Assembly (NCBI GenBank): GCA_964016885.1
Contig: OZ024740.1
Coordinates: forward strand, 213,156,001 to 213,220,000
DNA from: Eledone cirrhosa
Taxonomy: Eukaryota
Direction: 5' to 3'
DNA: 64,000 nucleotides
The translations under genes were made by a program, and so were the position numbers. Below the pieces are notes generated by a model. It ran no database searches. It had not been told where the DNA came from and saw only the letters and a program-made list of their open reading frames with translations. Positions within the stretch are counted from its first letter, which is position 1. Every line of letters starts with the position of its first letter. This document shows positions 27,669-39,080 of the stretch, in pieces.

Positions 27669-29069
27669 GCATATATATACATACATATACTTATACAAGT
27701 CTTCTTCCTCAACAGATTTCTTGCAGACATTGACTAACAGATGCCCATGAAGAACATAAACTGCATTAAGGACACTAGTTTCGCAGAGCCTGTGTCATTC
27801 ATAAATATTGCTCCTTCCTGACAAAGACATGAAAGAGGACACTTATATAGGCATTTCTTTTTCGCTTGGTCGTAAGATTGTGAGTCACAGCCCTTTATTC
27901 AGTACATGTAAAATGTACTTATTGTACATTTTTCTATCGTCCAGCTCACAAATAAATATCAAAGCTGGAACTAGTGTGTAGCACTTTAGAAACGATTCTA
28001 ACAATATCAGTTCGATCTTTCTCATGATGTATGAGGTACATATTTTTAACAACAGTCAGTAGAAACAGCAGTCCTTATGATCACTTTCAGTGGCATCCAA
28101 GACTGGTTGGGACAAAGAGTAGGTATCCTTAAACCGTAGACAAGGCCTGAATTCTTACAACAGTGTAGACTCCCCTAATGATAAGTGATATGGTTAAGTC
28201 TAGTCAATTGTCTGAACTTGAGTCACCATAAAATCATCTCAGTTTGCTCGCTACTCAGGCAGGAGGACAGTGTGAGCGTTTCTACACACTAATTCCACTA
28301 CTACAAATAAAGTACTATGTTAGTAGGTAAAATGCAGAAAAATGTTAAAACTGGGGTTTCATTATATCTTCAGGTTTAGAAAGTATTCTTTAAGTTAGGT
28401 ATTCCAATAACAATGTCTGCTTGATTGTTGAATTGTTGAATATATTCTGTTCCAAACGGCTCTGATAGTTATTGCAATTGTTTTAATAAGGTTGTTCTTC
28501 ACAGCAAGTTTACAAACTATGTTTGCAACCATGTCAAATGATAGACATACAATTTTGTTGAACTGTAATCTCTTTTAGTCTGGGCGACTTGGGGAAATGT
28601 CTAGAAACAATAGGTAACGATTACCAATTTAACATTTGATGTGGTTCCACACTTTTGAGATGTGCATTGGCAAATGCTCAGTGCATCATCGATCACTTTC
28701 TTTCTGCAGCCAAAACTTTTTACCTCGCCGTTAGCATGCAAAAGACGGTGTTGATTCACAATTCAAGCACTGATGTAATATCAGTTACTTAATCACTGGT
28801 TCTGATCGATAACACAGGCCACTGCAAAACACTTTTACTTTTCTTAAGTTTGTTATAAACTGTAATTTCAATATATTGCTATGATTAGCTAAATTAAGGC
28901 TATTAAGATGAGTCTTTCATCGTTTGTGTTGCTATTGCAACTTGTCACGATATCAGCAATTTAGTATGAAACATGCAAGATTTAACATGTTTTAGTAGCG
29001 CTTAGCATGAATATTTTAGATTAGGCATTATACTAGTTCTTTAGCATTTTATTTTAACGAGTTCTACAC

Positions 29070-29400
29070 TTTGCCATATTGATTGCATTCTCCTCCAACA
29101 CTCCCTGGTTCTTATTTCCATCACTGGCTCTATTCTCATCCTCTGCAATTCATTGTGTGTTATCCTCTTTCTCAGCAATATCCACTCATCAACCTTACCA
29201 TTCTCAATTTTTTGCTCTTTCGATCCTTTTCTGCTGCTCCGTATTCAGAGTAATGAAAGTATTTCTCCCATATCTCGCTCCTATATATTCATAGTATTTC
29301 TCACACACACTGTCTACATCTTTCTCTTCAGTTTCAATGACACTTCTTCCCTCATTAACACACCACTCAGTTCCCAGAACTTCTGATTACTGTGCATGGG
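29070..29400 (-). mobile_element. Highly decayed LINE (RTE-like) C-terminal fragment
   Basis: Traces TLNTEQQKRIE..LRMVRLM..ITHNELQRMRIEPV on the - strand. Confidence 0.4.
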
Positions 29401-30008
29401 TTCCTCATTAACAAATCTTAAAATGTACAGCAAATTAACAGATTTACAAATCAAAATCCATTTAGTACACTAAATTCTAATTGACAATTTCTACATACAA
29501 AGTTTAAAGCAAAAAATACAAACTTTTTCTCATTATCAAGCTGGTATTTGGAACATAACATAACAAAGGTTTTTTTTCATAAAACTATGATGAAAGAGTT
29601 TTTTTTAGATAAATTTAAACACTTTAAAACAGTTTTATATTGTAGAACCAGTTTCAGATAGTTTGGTATCAAACTATATTTCACTGGAAAGGTTACATTT
29701 AAAAAACACTGGTCAACAAAATTGAATGTATTATACTCATTATGAATGCAAACCAACTTTTTTAGACTAATTTTTCATGCTGATTTCTTAATTTCACTCA
29801 TTTGTATTCAGCGCGTATCAGTTTTTCAGTAGATACATGCAAATATTTACATATTTGTATATATGAAATCATTAACGTAATAAATAAAGACATATTATTT
29901 TTAGAAAGTGAATGGGTTTATTGAGTTAAAAATCATCACTATCATTCTACAAAGAGTGAATACACAAAAAATGGGTCAGACAAAACAGACAAAGTTAGAA
30001 CAACAGAG

Positions 30009-31638
30009 TTAGAAAGATTGTGATTTGGATTTCCTGCGGTGTTCCTGATCTGGTTGATCACGGTAAAGTGTCCAGCAGTAGTCAGCCAGCATACTGTCAT
30101 TCCAGAAGCCTTGGTACCGTTTCTCCAAAGCACTAATGACCTGGTGAAATCTTTCACCATGTTTATCAGACACTGCTCCAAGGTTATCTGCGAAGAAATC
30201 CAGATGGGTGACCAAGAAGTGAACTTTCAGTGACATGCGACAACCCATTGCTGAGTAACATTTCAGAAGATTCTTGATGCCATCTTTGTTGCCCTAGAAA
30301 TTCTCACAGATCCAATTGAAAGCATGCCAGGTAGGCAGTTCCAGTTCATCCAGTGTTGTCTTGAAGTTGACATCTTTGAGTACTTCTCTAATTTGGGGTC
30401 CGACAAAGATACCCTCTTTCAATTTCGCCTGTGTGATTTTGGGAAACCCTTCTACAATATACTCAAACCCTCTGGCATTTCTTTTCCCTAGTGTCTTTAC
30501 AAACCGTTTCATCAGTCCAAGCTTTATGTGCAAAGCAGGCAATAAGACATTACATGGATCTACAAGAGGTATATTCTTGACGCTAGACAGTTCTGGCTGG
30601 TATGATGTTCTTGTCTGCCAGTTTGATTCCGAATAATGTCTGTCAGTTGCCCGACTATCGAAGAAACAGTATTTTGTGAAACCTGACTGCATTCCCATTA
30701 ACATTCCAATGACTTTTAAATCTCCACATATTTTCCATGAGTATCTTTCATAGGCAATGGCATGAAGTAAAAGTTCCATATTCTCATGATTCATGAAGAT
30801 GAACGTTGTGTGTAATAGGAATGGAGGGCTTCAAATTACTATTATGGAGAAGTAGAGCTTTTAAACTTCGTTTTGAAGAGTCAATAAACAAATGCCACTC
30901 TGCAGGATCATGATTTTGAGATAAACATTCGAAAAGTCCATCAATGTTACTGCAAAAGCAAAGCGGGCCTTCAACAGAAAAACACGTTTGTAGAACCACA
31001 TTTCTCTGCCGAAAATAAGTTATACGAACACCGTGCTCTAACAAATACTTCTCATTCAGTCTTGATGACAACAGTTCTGCTTTATCTTTTGAGAAGGATA
31101 GGTCTCTGACAAGGTCATTCTGTTCAACTTGGGAAAATTTCTGAGGTTCAAAGCTATCGTCATCAGCCACGTAATCTTCCTCAGCAGCACTATCGTGACA
31201 GTCAGAATCATCATCTGATGTTTCAATACCATCATTTGGTGGAACTGGAATTGGCAGACTTCCATTGAGAGGCACAGGTCTCATTGCAGAATCCAAATTG
31301 GGATACACAATTTTGTGTTTATTCTTCATAGAAAATCCTGTGACATTTACTTTGCAAAAATAACAGTCATTAAAATGGTCTTTCGGCTCCCTCCATATCA
31401 TTGGAATGGCAAAAGGCATGGACTTCTTTTTATTGAACCTGTCACGTAAGCCATTTGAGCAAGCTGAGCAGATAAAATGTGGTGCCCATAACTTGTCCTG
31501 ATCTCCAAGAGGACAGTCAAAGTATAGCTTATAAATCTTCTTGATCTCTGGTGTTATTGTACGGTTTTGAGCTTTCACAATAAATTGTCCACAGATATAA
31601 CAAAACACATCGGGACGATTTCTACACTGTCTTGACAT
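30009..31638 (-). pseudogene. Chapaev3-type transposase, frameshifted
   Basis: Chapa-like zinc domain CYICG..DQD..PHFICSAC..WREPKDHFNDCYFC; core motifs LFIDSS, ICGDLK, LHIKLGL, SLKVHFL..HLDFF..SDKHGERFHQ. Confidence 0.8.
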
Positions 31639-31915
31639 TGTTATCACTGTAAAACAAGTAAGGAAATAGATACACACGGTTATACTTATATTGAATTTGA
31701 GATGATGAACTATTTCATCAGACCAATTATGACTGGATAATTTGAGATGTTGAAATACCTATTTCATCAGACAAAACTTGATTGGTTAATTTACTATGAC
31801 GAAATATTGCATCTGAACTATGCAGCAATAAATAATGTAGTTTATTTTAAAGGTATGTTTCCATGATGTAAATGAAATACATGCATACGTATCATTAATT
31901 GGAATTTATATATCA

Positions 31916-32260
31916 CTAGCTGACGTACCCAGCTTCGCCCGGGTAAACAGATGATAAGAGAAGACAGGTAAAAGAGAAAATGACTGTATTGGATGTTTGT
32001 CTGGTTACAGTATGAGGCGAGTCCGTGGTGTCTGTGTGATACAAAAACAGTAAAAATAATCTTCCAGATATACCAGATTCTTCGTTGTACCGTTTGTGCA
32101 TAGTACATGGACAATTCTAGGTGCTCCCACCTAGAATAATGACCTCTAGGAGATGGTTCTTCTTCTGCCTGACTGTAAACGTGTATCATTGCATAGACCT
32201 GGTTGTTCCACGTTTCTCAAAAGGATGATGGAAGTTCTAATCTTTTATATTATATGTAGA
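31916..32260 (-). mobile_element. 345-bp non-autonomous mini-Helitron
   Basis: - strand A|TCTACATATAATATAAAAGA ... TACCCGGGCGAAGCTGGGTA hairpin, CGTCAG, CTAG|T; internal Pif1 remnant IILLRNVEQPGLCNDTRL. Confidence 0.8.
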
Positions 32261-32264
32261 TATA

Positions 32265-32324
32265 GACATAGATAATTAATATAAAAGATGTCCGTCAATG
32301 TAAAAAAAAAGGTCCATATTTACT
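32265..32324 (+). repeat. Direct repeat 1 flanking the RepHel cassette
   Basis: GACATAGATAATTAATATAAAAGATGTCCGTCAATGTAAAAAAAAAGGTCCATATTTACT; repeated at 37134-37191. Confidence 0.9.
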
Positions 32325-32869
32325 TGAAATGGTATATACATATGCCAAATTAATATGGATATGGATAACATGCTTATCTATAAGTGGTCAGCTATAATAA
32401 TAAAACAACAAATTACATGACACAAAAATGTATTCAGGAATTTCCAGGCTCTTAGCCACTGAGTAATAGACAGTCAATATTGCCCAGAGTTCAACTCGGG
32501 GAGGTGGCCTGGTTTGAACTCCAAATGGCGGATCCTTCTACTTCGAAAATAGAATCGTTTTTCAATATTACTCTAGCCCTGGCCGGCCATAGGAACCAAA
32601 CGTTTTGCCAGATTCAGCATATGATGAGGTTTTATTACCACCGCTATCAGAAGCGATAAATTTGAAGGCAATTTATACCAATACATGTTGGTTTTTATTG
32701 CTGATTATCGACAATAAATGACATTGAACAGAAATGATAACTCTGTCAAAGCTCACAATACTGATCAAAGGACACCAATGTCTGAAGCATTTACGTCGAA
32801 TATTCATAGCAGTGAAGGCAATTTCTACCAATACTTGTTGGTATTTATTGCGCAACATAGCAGTGAAAC

Positions 32870-35800
32870 CAATTTTTACCAATACTGTAATACTCTGTTA
32901 GTGGTATCAATTGCAAATTTTATACCATCAGGATCGCACACTCGAGATGCAGCAACATACAGTTGCCCATGGCTGAATTCTGGATCATTCAAGTAGACAC
33001 CGACTCGCTTGAAAGTCTGACCCTGTGCCTTGTTGACAGTCATGGAGAAGGCCAAATGAATGGTAGCAGATCTTCACTTGGTCTCAGCATTATCTTCGGA
33101 ATGAGAACCGATTCCTCTCTGCCTGGGAGTTTAGCTTCTAAAACTCTTCCGTTAATCAATCTCTCAACAATCAATCTGGTACCATTGCAAAGACCCATTT
33201 TATGATTGATATTTCAATATAATCGGCATACCCTTTTTCAACCTTAAAATATGTGGGGGAAATCCGGGTATTTGAAGTGAATTCAGATACTCAGTCGGAA
33301 CATCCATATTGTTCTGCTGATTAGGCTCCATTGCATCCGCACTGAGGGTCAACCATTCCTCTCCAGGAAACATTCTGGCTACTTGTGAATTTATTTCATC
33401 GACCGTTGCATTCGTATGAGTTAGAATAACGCGTTCCGATATCCAGGAGATATTCTGCCAAAAAGCATTCAAATTAGGGAACACCCAGTCAATCAATGCT
33501 TGGCAGTCCAGTGGCATGACCAAATGGTCTGGGATTCTTACAGTCTGATTATTACCAACGTGTGGCAATTTATCGTTTCCCAACTGCATCAACCATATGT
33601 CTCAGCCTCTTTGTTTTGCCCGAACATACGAAGTCGCATATTATCGTGTAATCGCAAAACTCTGAAATGGCGCCACAACGGGGACTTTTTCAGACACGCA
33701 TCGACAATTTGCGCTCTTTGAGCATTCCTAACAATTGGTAGCACCTGGCTGAAATCGCCACCAAGAACGATAGTCTTACCACTAAATGGCAGGTCACTAC
33801 CGCAGATATCTCTCAAAGTTATGCCCAATGCCTCCAGCAAATATCTGTGTGCTTATTGGAGCCTCGTCCCAAATAATCAGAGACGTATTGCGTATAAGGC
33901 ACGGGAATTCACTTTGTCCTGTAATGTTACAGACACTCAACTCATCCGGAGCCAATGGAGCCTTGAAGCATGAGTGGAAGGTCCTTCCACCACTCAGCAA
34001 AGTGGCAGCGATCCCACTGGTGGCCACAGGGAGAGCAATCTTCCTCTGAGCTCTGACTGCCGATAACATACTGTGGAAACAGAATGTCTTTCGGGTGCCT
34101 CCTGGAGCATCTATGAAATTGCTCATTAGTGGAAATCGAGAGGAGAACGCCATCGCCCAATTCTCTCTGAGATTGGGTCAACATTGGTATACGTTCATCC
34201 ACAATACGTTGCTGTTCCAGTTGATCAAACTGGAATAGTTCCCTCCGATCGAGTGGCAACCGTCTAAGCTGCAATCTCATGTCCAATGGTAAGACACGTT
34301 GCCGCATTTCTTCATCAGGAATTGGCAAATTGAAATCTGTTAAACATTTGAAATGAACTTCAAGCACTTGCTCAATATTGAGCAAAACAGTAGCTTTCAT
34401 CAAATGTTCATCATCGACCTGAAGATGATGCCTAAAATCATCAGCCATAATTCCCCAATGGCGTTCAAATAACTTTCTTGGATCGGCAGGATTGCAGAAT
34501 CCTAGAATCGTGACAAACAACTGCCTTATTTGAGCTGGCATCTGTGTAGTTCGTGCAGCTTCCATGGCGTTATTCCATTCAGCGTCATCCTAAAGGAGTC
34601 CCAGATGCTGACACACAGCCTGGTATGTTTCATATTCCACGCCATTGATTGTTTTCAAATCAGCGAAGCTCTGTTTACCTCTCGAAAAATCATTATGCAA
34701 CAGAATTCGGAGATAAAACACATCACCAGATGCTGGATGGACATTACAAACCCGTCCAATAGTCATGAATCTCAACTTTTGTTTTCTATCATTCCATTTC
34801 TTTCCCTTCTTATCCCACGTATAGCGCGAAGGGAAATCGCAGTAGAGTTGCCTTTGATCCGCGTTTAAAGCATGTTCCCTATTATGCTTGAACCACTCAG
34901 TCAATTCCGCCTTAGGAGGTGGTGCGTAAGCAATTCTTTCGACACATCTTCTAGTGTCCTGAAAACAGAGCATTTACCTATTCTCTAAGTGAACCGTCAA
35001 TTTCTGAACGCTGGGTTTGCGTTCATTGAGATCAAAATCGAACAATCTCCAGCAAGCTTCGCTAGATCCAATCGAGCGAACATCCTGGAACCTGCCAACT
35101 TCATCTCCTTGGTTAGCTTCCTCATTCATGACATTGATCATTGCCCGATCATGACCTTTGTAAACATATTTGAATAGATATTTGCAAGCTTTCACTGAGC
35201 TACAAATTTCCACATTAATATGACAACAATATTTCATAATCAAATATGGATTGTATGGCACAACCCATTGATTTGTAACCTGTCGACCGTTTACATTTTC
35301 GACCAAACCGCCATCTGCAGGCGACCGTCTTCTGTATAAGGGATGAGCATCCCCATCGTTCCAAGAAGTGTTCGTGACAACAGATTTCGGAAAGTGCTTA
35401 CTGCATTGGCCATTTTTCATGCAAGGCGCTTTCCGATTTGCCACTCCGCATTGGTTGTGCACCATTGATTTTACCACCAAAAGTGCATCCTTAATATCAG
35501 TCCATTCAGGATTGCATGTAACCGTTATAAACAAATCTGGCTTTCCAAACTTTCTGACAATAGCCATTGCATCCTGATAGCGGATGTTCATATATCTCGG
35601 GCCGCCGATGAACGACGATGGCAAAATGATGTGTCGACCAATTTGCTTGTAATTGGCATCATCGGCTGTTATCGCATCCTGTATATTATTATGTGTAGCT
35701 ATATAATTTAGCCTTTGATTTTCGATCTTTGAGAATGCCATACAACAGTATTCCTGGAACAATCTGCTGGCTTGAAATAGTGCATTTCTCTGTTGATTCC

Positions 35801-37112
35801 TCTCGTTCAAATGGAACGCGTAAAAGTCGCGAATCGAATTATTGTGTCTATTGCCGCCTCCCTGTTGATGCTGATTCTCATGATCATCTAAATGAACAGA
35901 CATGTTCCATCCATTTTCACCTTTTGGGAATAAAAGAACATAATGCAATGGATCGTATGCCTTATTTGACTTATTGATAGTCTTGAGACCACCATCTCTG
36001 GGATTGAGGACGATATCTCTCGATCCAGGCTTATCGTCCATCAACACAGCAACTTCATGAAATCCTTCAGGGGCATTATATCGCCGTTCGTGTTGATTCC
36101 ATGGCACTGCGTCAGCCTTAATCACCAATGTTTGCTGCTGAACATTTTGCAGTTCAGCCACCAACATGAAATCCATAACATAAGGATTACACCGTCTAAG
36201 CCATGATTGCAAATCACGGATCAAATCACTTAACCTTTGCCGTTCAAGTTCAGTTATATTTCCCGGCAACTTCATTCAACCGATCCTGATATCCTCCTCC
36301 GATTCACTATAATCTGGATCGTTAACGTAAATTTGAGCGAATCGAGGCCTCTCTCCTGAGGTAACTTCTAAATTACCGATACAATGATACAAACGGCCTT
36401 GAATGACTACCTTCGGTGGCCATGCTCCACTCTCAAACATCTCACTAACTCTCTGCGAGGCTAAAGCTAATGAATTGTTAATTTGCTGCGAATATTTGCG
36501 CAGTAATCTACCTCGGTCTCCTTGATCACCCCACATACTTAGTATTTTAAACTCCGGTGACTCCTCATCATCCGGCATTCGCAAGGGTTCTAGTTGAACT
36601 GCTCCTTTATGACAGCACATTGTGGTCCACGTCTTTTCGTGCCTCCACAGCAATGCTCCACAATGTGGACACTCTGCTCGTCCACCAATCTGAAAATGAC
36701 ACGGTTGCCATGATCCATTTTTAATATCATTCGTTCGCCTTCTAGCCTCTTTAATGGAATGAGGAGCACTTTGGCGACACATTCTCTAAACTTCTGTATT
36801 GCGCTGGCGCTGTTCAGCCAGCTCCTCTTCATCCATCGCAGCACGCCGTTTCTGCTGAATTCTGGCCATCTGCTGATGATGCTCAGCCAGTTCGTCTTCA
36901 ACCATCGCAGCACGCCATCACTGCTTGGCTCCAGTGTTTCGTTGGCGTTGATCAGCCAGCTCCTCTTCATTCATGGCGGCACGTCTTCGCCTCTGAAGTT
37001 CGGCGTTCCGATGGCGCTGCTCGGCCCGTTTTTCTTCATTCCTGGTTGCACGCCGTCGCCGCTGTAGTTGACTGTTTGATAAAGTCGAATTGCTTTTATT
37101 ATCAGTATTCAT
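32870..37112 (-). pseudogene. Helitron RepHel protein (N-terminal repeats, Zn finger, Rep, Pif1 helicase), disrupted
   Basis: CPHCGALLW..CCHKG; YDPLHYVLLFPKGENGW; ILPSSFIGGPRYM; PDLFITVTCNPEW; KYLFKYVYKG; FIDAPGGTRKTF; IIWDEAP; GGDFSQVLP; GLCNGTRL; [11 protein letters not shown]. Confidence 0.93.
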
Positions 37113-37133
37113 TTCGAGCAAATGTCAAAAAAT

Positions 37134-37191
37134 GACACAATAATAAATATAAAAGATGTCCGTCAATGTAAAAAAAAGGTCTCTATTTACT
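37134..37191 (+). repeat. Direct repeat 2 flanking the RepHel cassette
   Basis: GACACAATAATAAATATAAAAGATGTCCGTCAATGTAAAAAAAAGGTCTCTATTTACT. Confidence 0.9.
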
Positions 37192-38099
37192 CCCTTCACA
37201 ACTCTGTGTATGTTAGACTGACAGACAGATAAACTGCGTGACGATTGTGGAACGCCCCACGTACGCACACATACACGCATGGAAACGCGCACACGCATGC
37301 AAATTTACACACGCACCCGTGCACTTACACACACTTACACACACATCTTGATAGTTTTTACTTTCTGAGGAACGCTGCACCACGCACATACACTTAAACA
37401 TACACACATGGTAATAGTTACAGCGTTCACTTTGCCTCTCTGTTTCTTACTCTCCCCTCTCACTCCCTCATTGGCATTATGCGTATTAATTTAAGTTTGG
37501 CGTCGTTGAGGTGGGTGGAGTCGTTTGAAACCTATGAACCAATGATAATCGAGAATTATGACACACGGAAAACTGTACGTGATGTCAAAAAACTAATTGT
37601 ATATTTGAAATCAGCATTAAAAACTACACTAAGTACACCTTGACATATGCTTAATGAAAAATACTTGTTGACCAGTGAAATCAACAGTTAAAACACATTT
37701 ATGTTAAGATATATTAACAATAACAAAATAACAATAAAAATACAATGAAAATTCCCCAATAGGGGTGATGACCACCCAGGGTTCACTCAGGTACCCCGCC
37801 AATCCTAAACGACCCGACACTTCGAGAGCACCCGGGAAGGGCACCCCTCTCAAATTCACCCACCTACAGGCGCATGATCAGAGTAGGCCCACTCACACGG
37901 GTCATTCTCGCCACATTCACCCACCTTTCAGCAAATGTCCTGTAGGGCAGCACTTCTCTCTACACCCTCACCTTCCTTTCCAAGTGAAACTTGAAAAAGT
38001 TGATGATAATAATGAACAAGAAAAACGGTTTCATTTGAACATCTATATTTTTAATAGGATGTTCAAATGAAATCGGCTTTCTTGTCTATTATTATTATT

Positions 38100-38850
38100 A
38101 TATCATTGTTTTTAAAGGAGATTTGCCCACCCTCTTCAATGTATTCACAAGTTCCGCATCGAGGGTCCCCGCATTTCTTAACTTGTATTGTTTAATTGTC
38201 AGGCGTAAATTCCACCTTGGTAAGCAGTATTTTTAGGTTCGCTGCTTGGCGTTTACTATATATTACCTATGAGTCTTTTATGAGTGCATTCATTTTAGGG
38301 GACTGTTGGAGAATCGGGAAATATTGTTTAGCGGCTTTCACAATGTTGAAGTTCCTTGGATTGTGAGTGACGACAAAAGTGTTAACTGTTTTTTTCCATT
38401 TTATTTTGTTGGTTTGTTTTTCTCAGTGTTGTCACTGGGATGTTCTGGGCTTTGGAGATGGTTGTGATGATGAGGTTCACCGGATATTCTTGTCTTTTAA
38501 GGAACTCTTTTAGTTCATATAACCTTTTCTTCCTGTAGTGTTGGGTGTGTCACTATGGTGCAAATGTACCTTGCCATATAAAAGGGAATGTTCCTTTTGG
38601 CATGTGAGGGACGTGCTGATCGGAAATTCATGTATTGGTGTGTCTCTGTTGGTTTGTAAAATAGGTCTGTTTTGATATTTTCCCCTTCTTTAATGATAAG
38701 GATATCCAGAAACGGTAGTTCCGTTTTATTACATTTCATGGTAAATTGTATTGCTTCGTGAGGCTTGTTTATGATGGAATGGAATCTGTGCAGGTCTTCT
38801 TGGCTTCTATTCTATAAGATGAAGCAATCGTCTAGGTAACGTTTCATAAT
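38100..38850 (-). mobile_element. Penelope-like RT fragment
   Basis: RYLDDCFI (~38818-38841); ELPFLDILI..TDLFYKPTETHQY. Confidence 0.8.
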
Positions 38851-39080
38851 GCGTTCAAAGAATGGAATGAACTGAATCTGGAAAAAGAAGCTTTCAAAAG
38901 AAGAAATCAAATGAAAAATATACCTTTTGAAATATACACATCCGGAGACATTCAGTAATGACCTTTGGTCTTTCACACTCACTATATGTATACATACATG
39001 TTTTCAAAAATTATTTGGCGACTCATTCTCCCTGAGGATTTTAGACTGAAGAACTGACCACTAATTGATTTTACGTATGT

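Larger units (their letters stand above)
29707..37677 (-). mobile_element. Chapaev3-like (CMC group) DNA transposon carrying nested Helitron sequence
   Basis: Perfect 13-bp TIRs CACTGGTCAACAA (29707-29719) / TTGTTGACCAGTG (37665-37677); AAA on both sides; shared subterminal ATGCTGATTTC motif. Confidence 0.85.

Noticed and set aside
31916-37156. One canonical Helitron from A|TC at 37156 to CTAG at 31916
   Set aside because: Not excluded, but the CTAG end pairs better with its own TC start at 32260 (with a separate helicase remnant), and the 37156 TC lies inside a repeat also present at 32265-32324.
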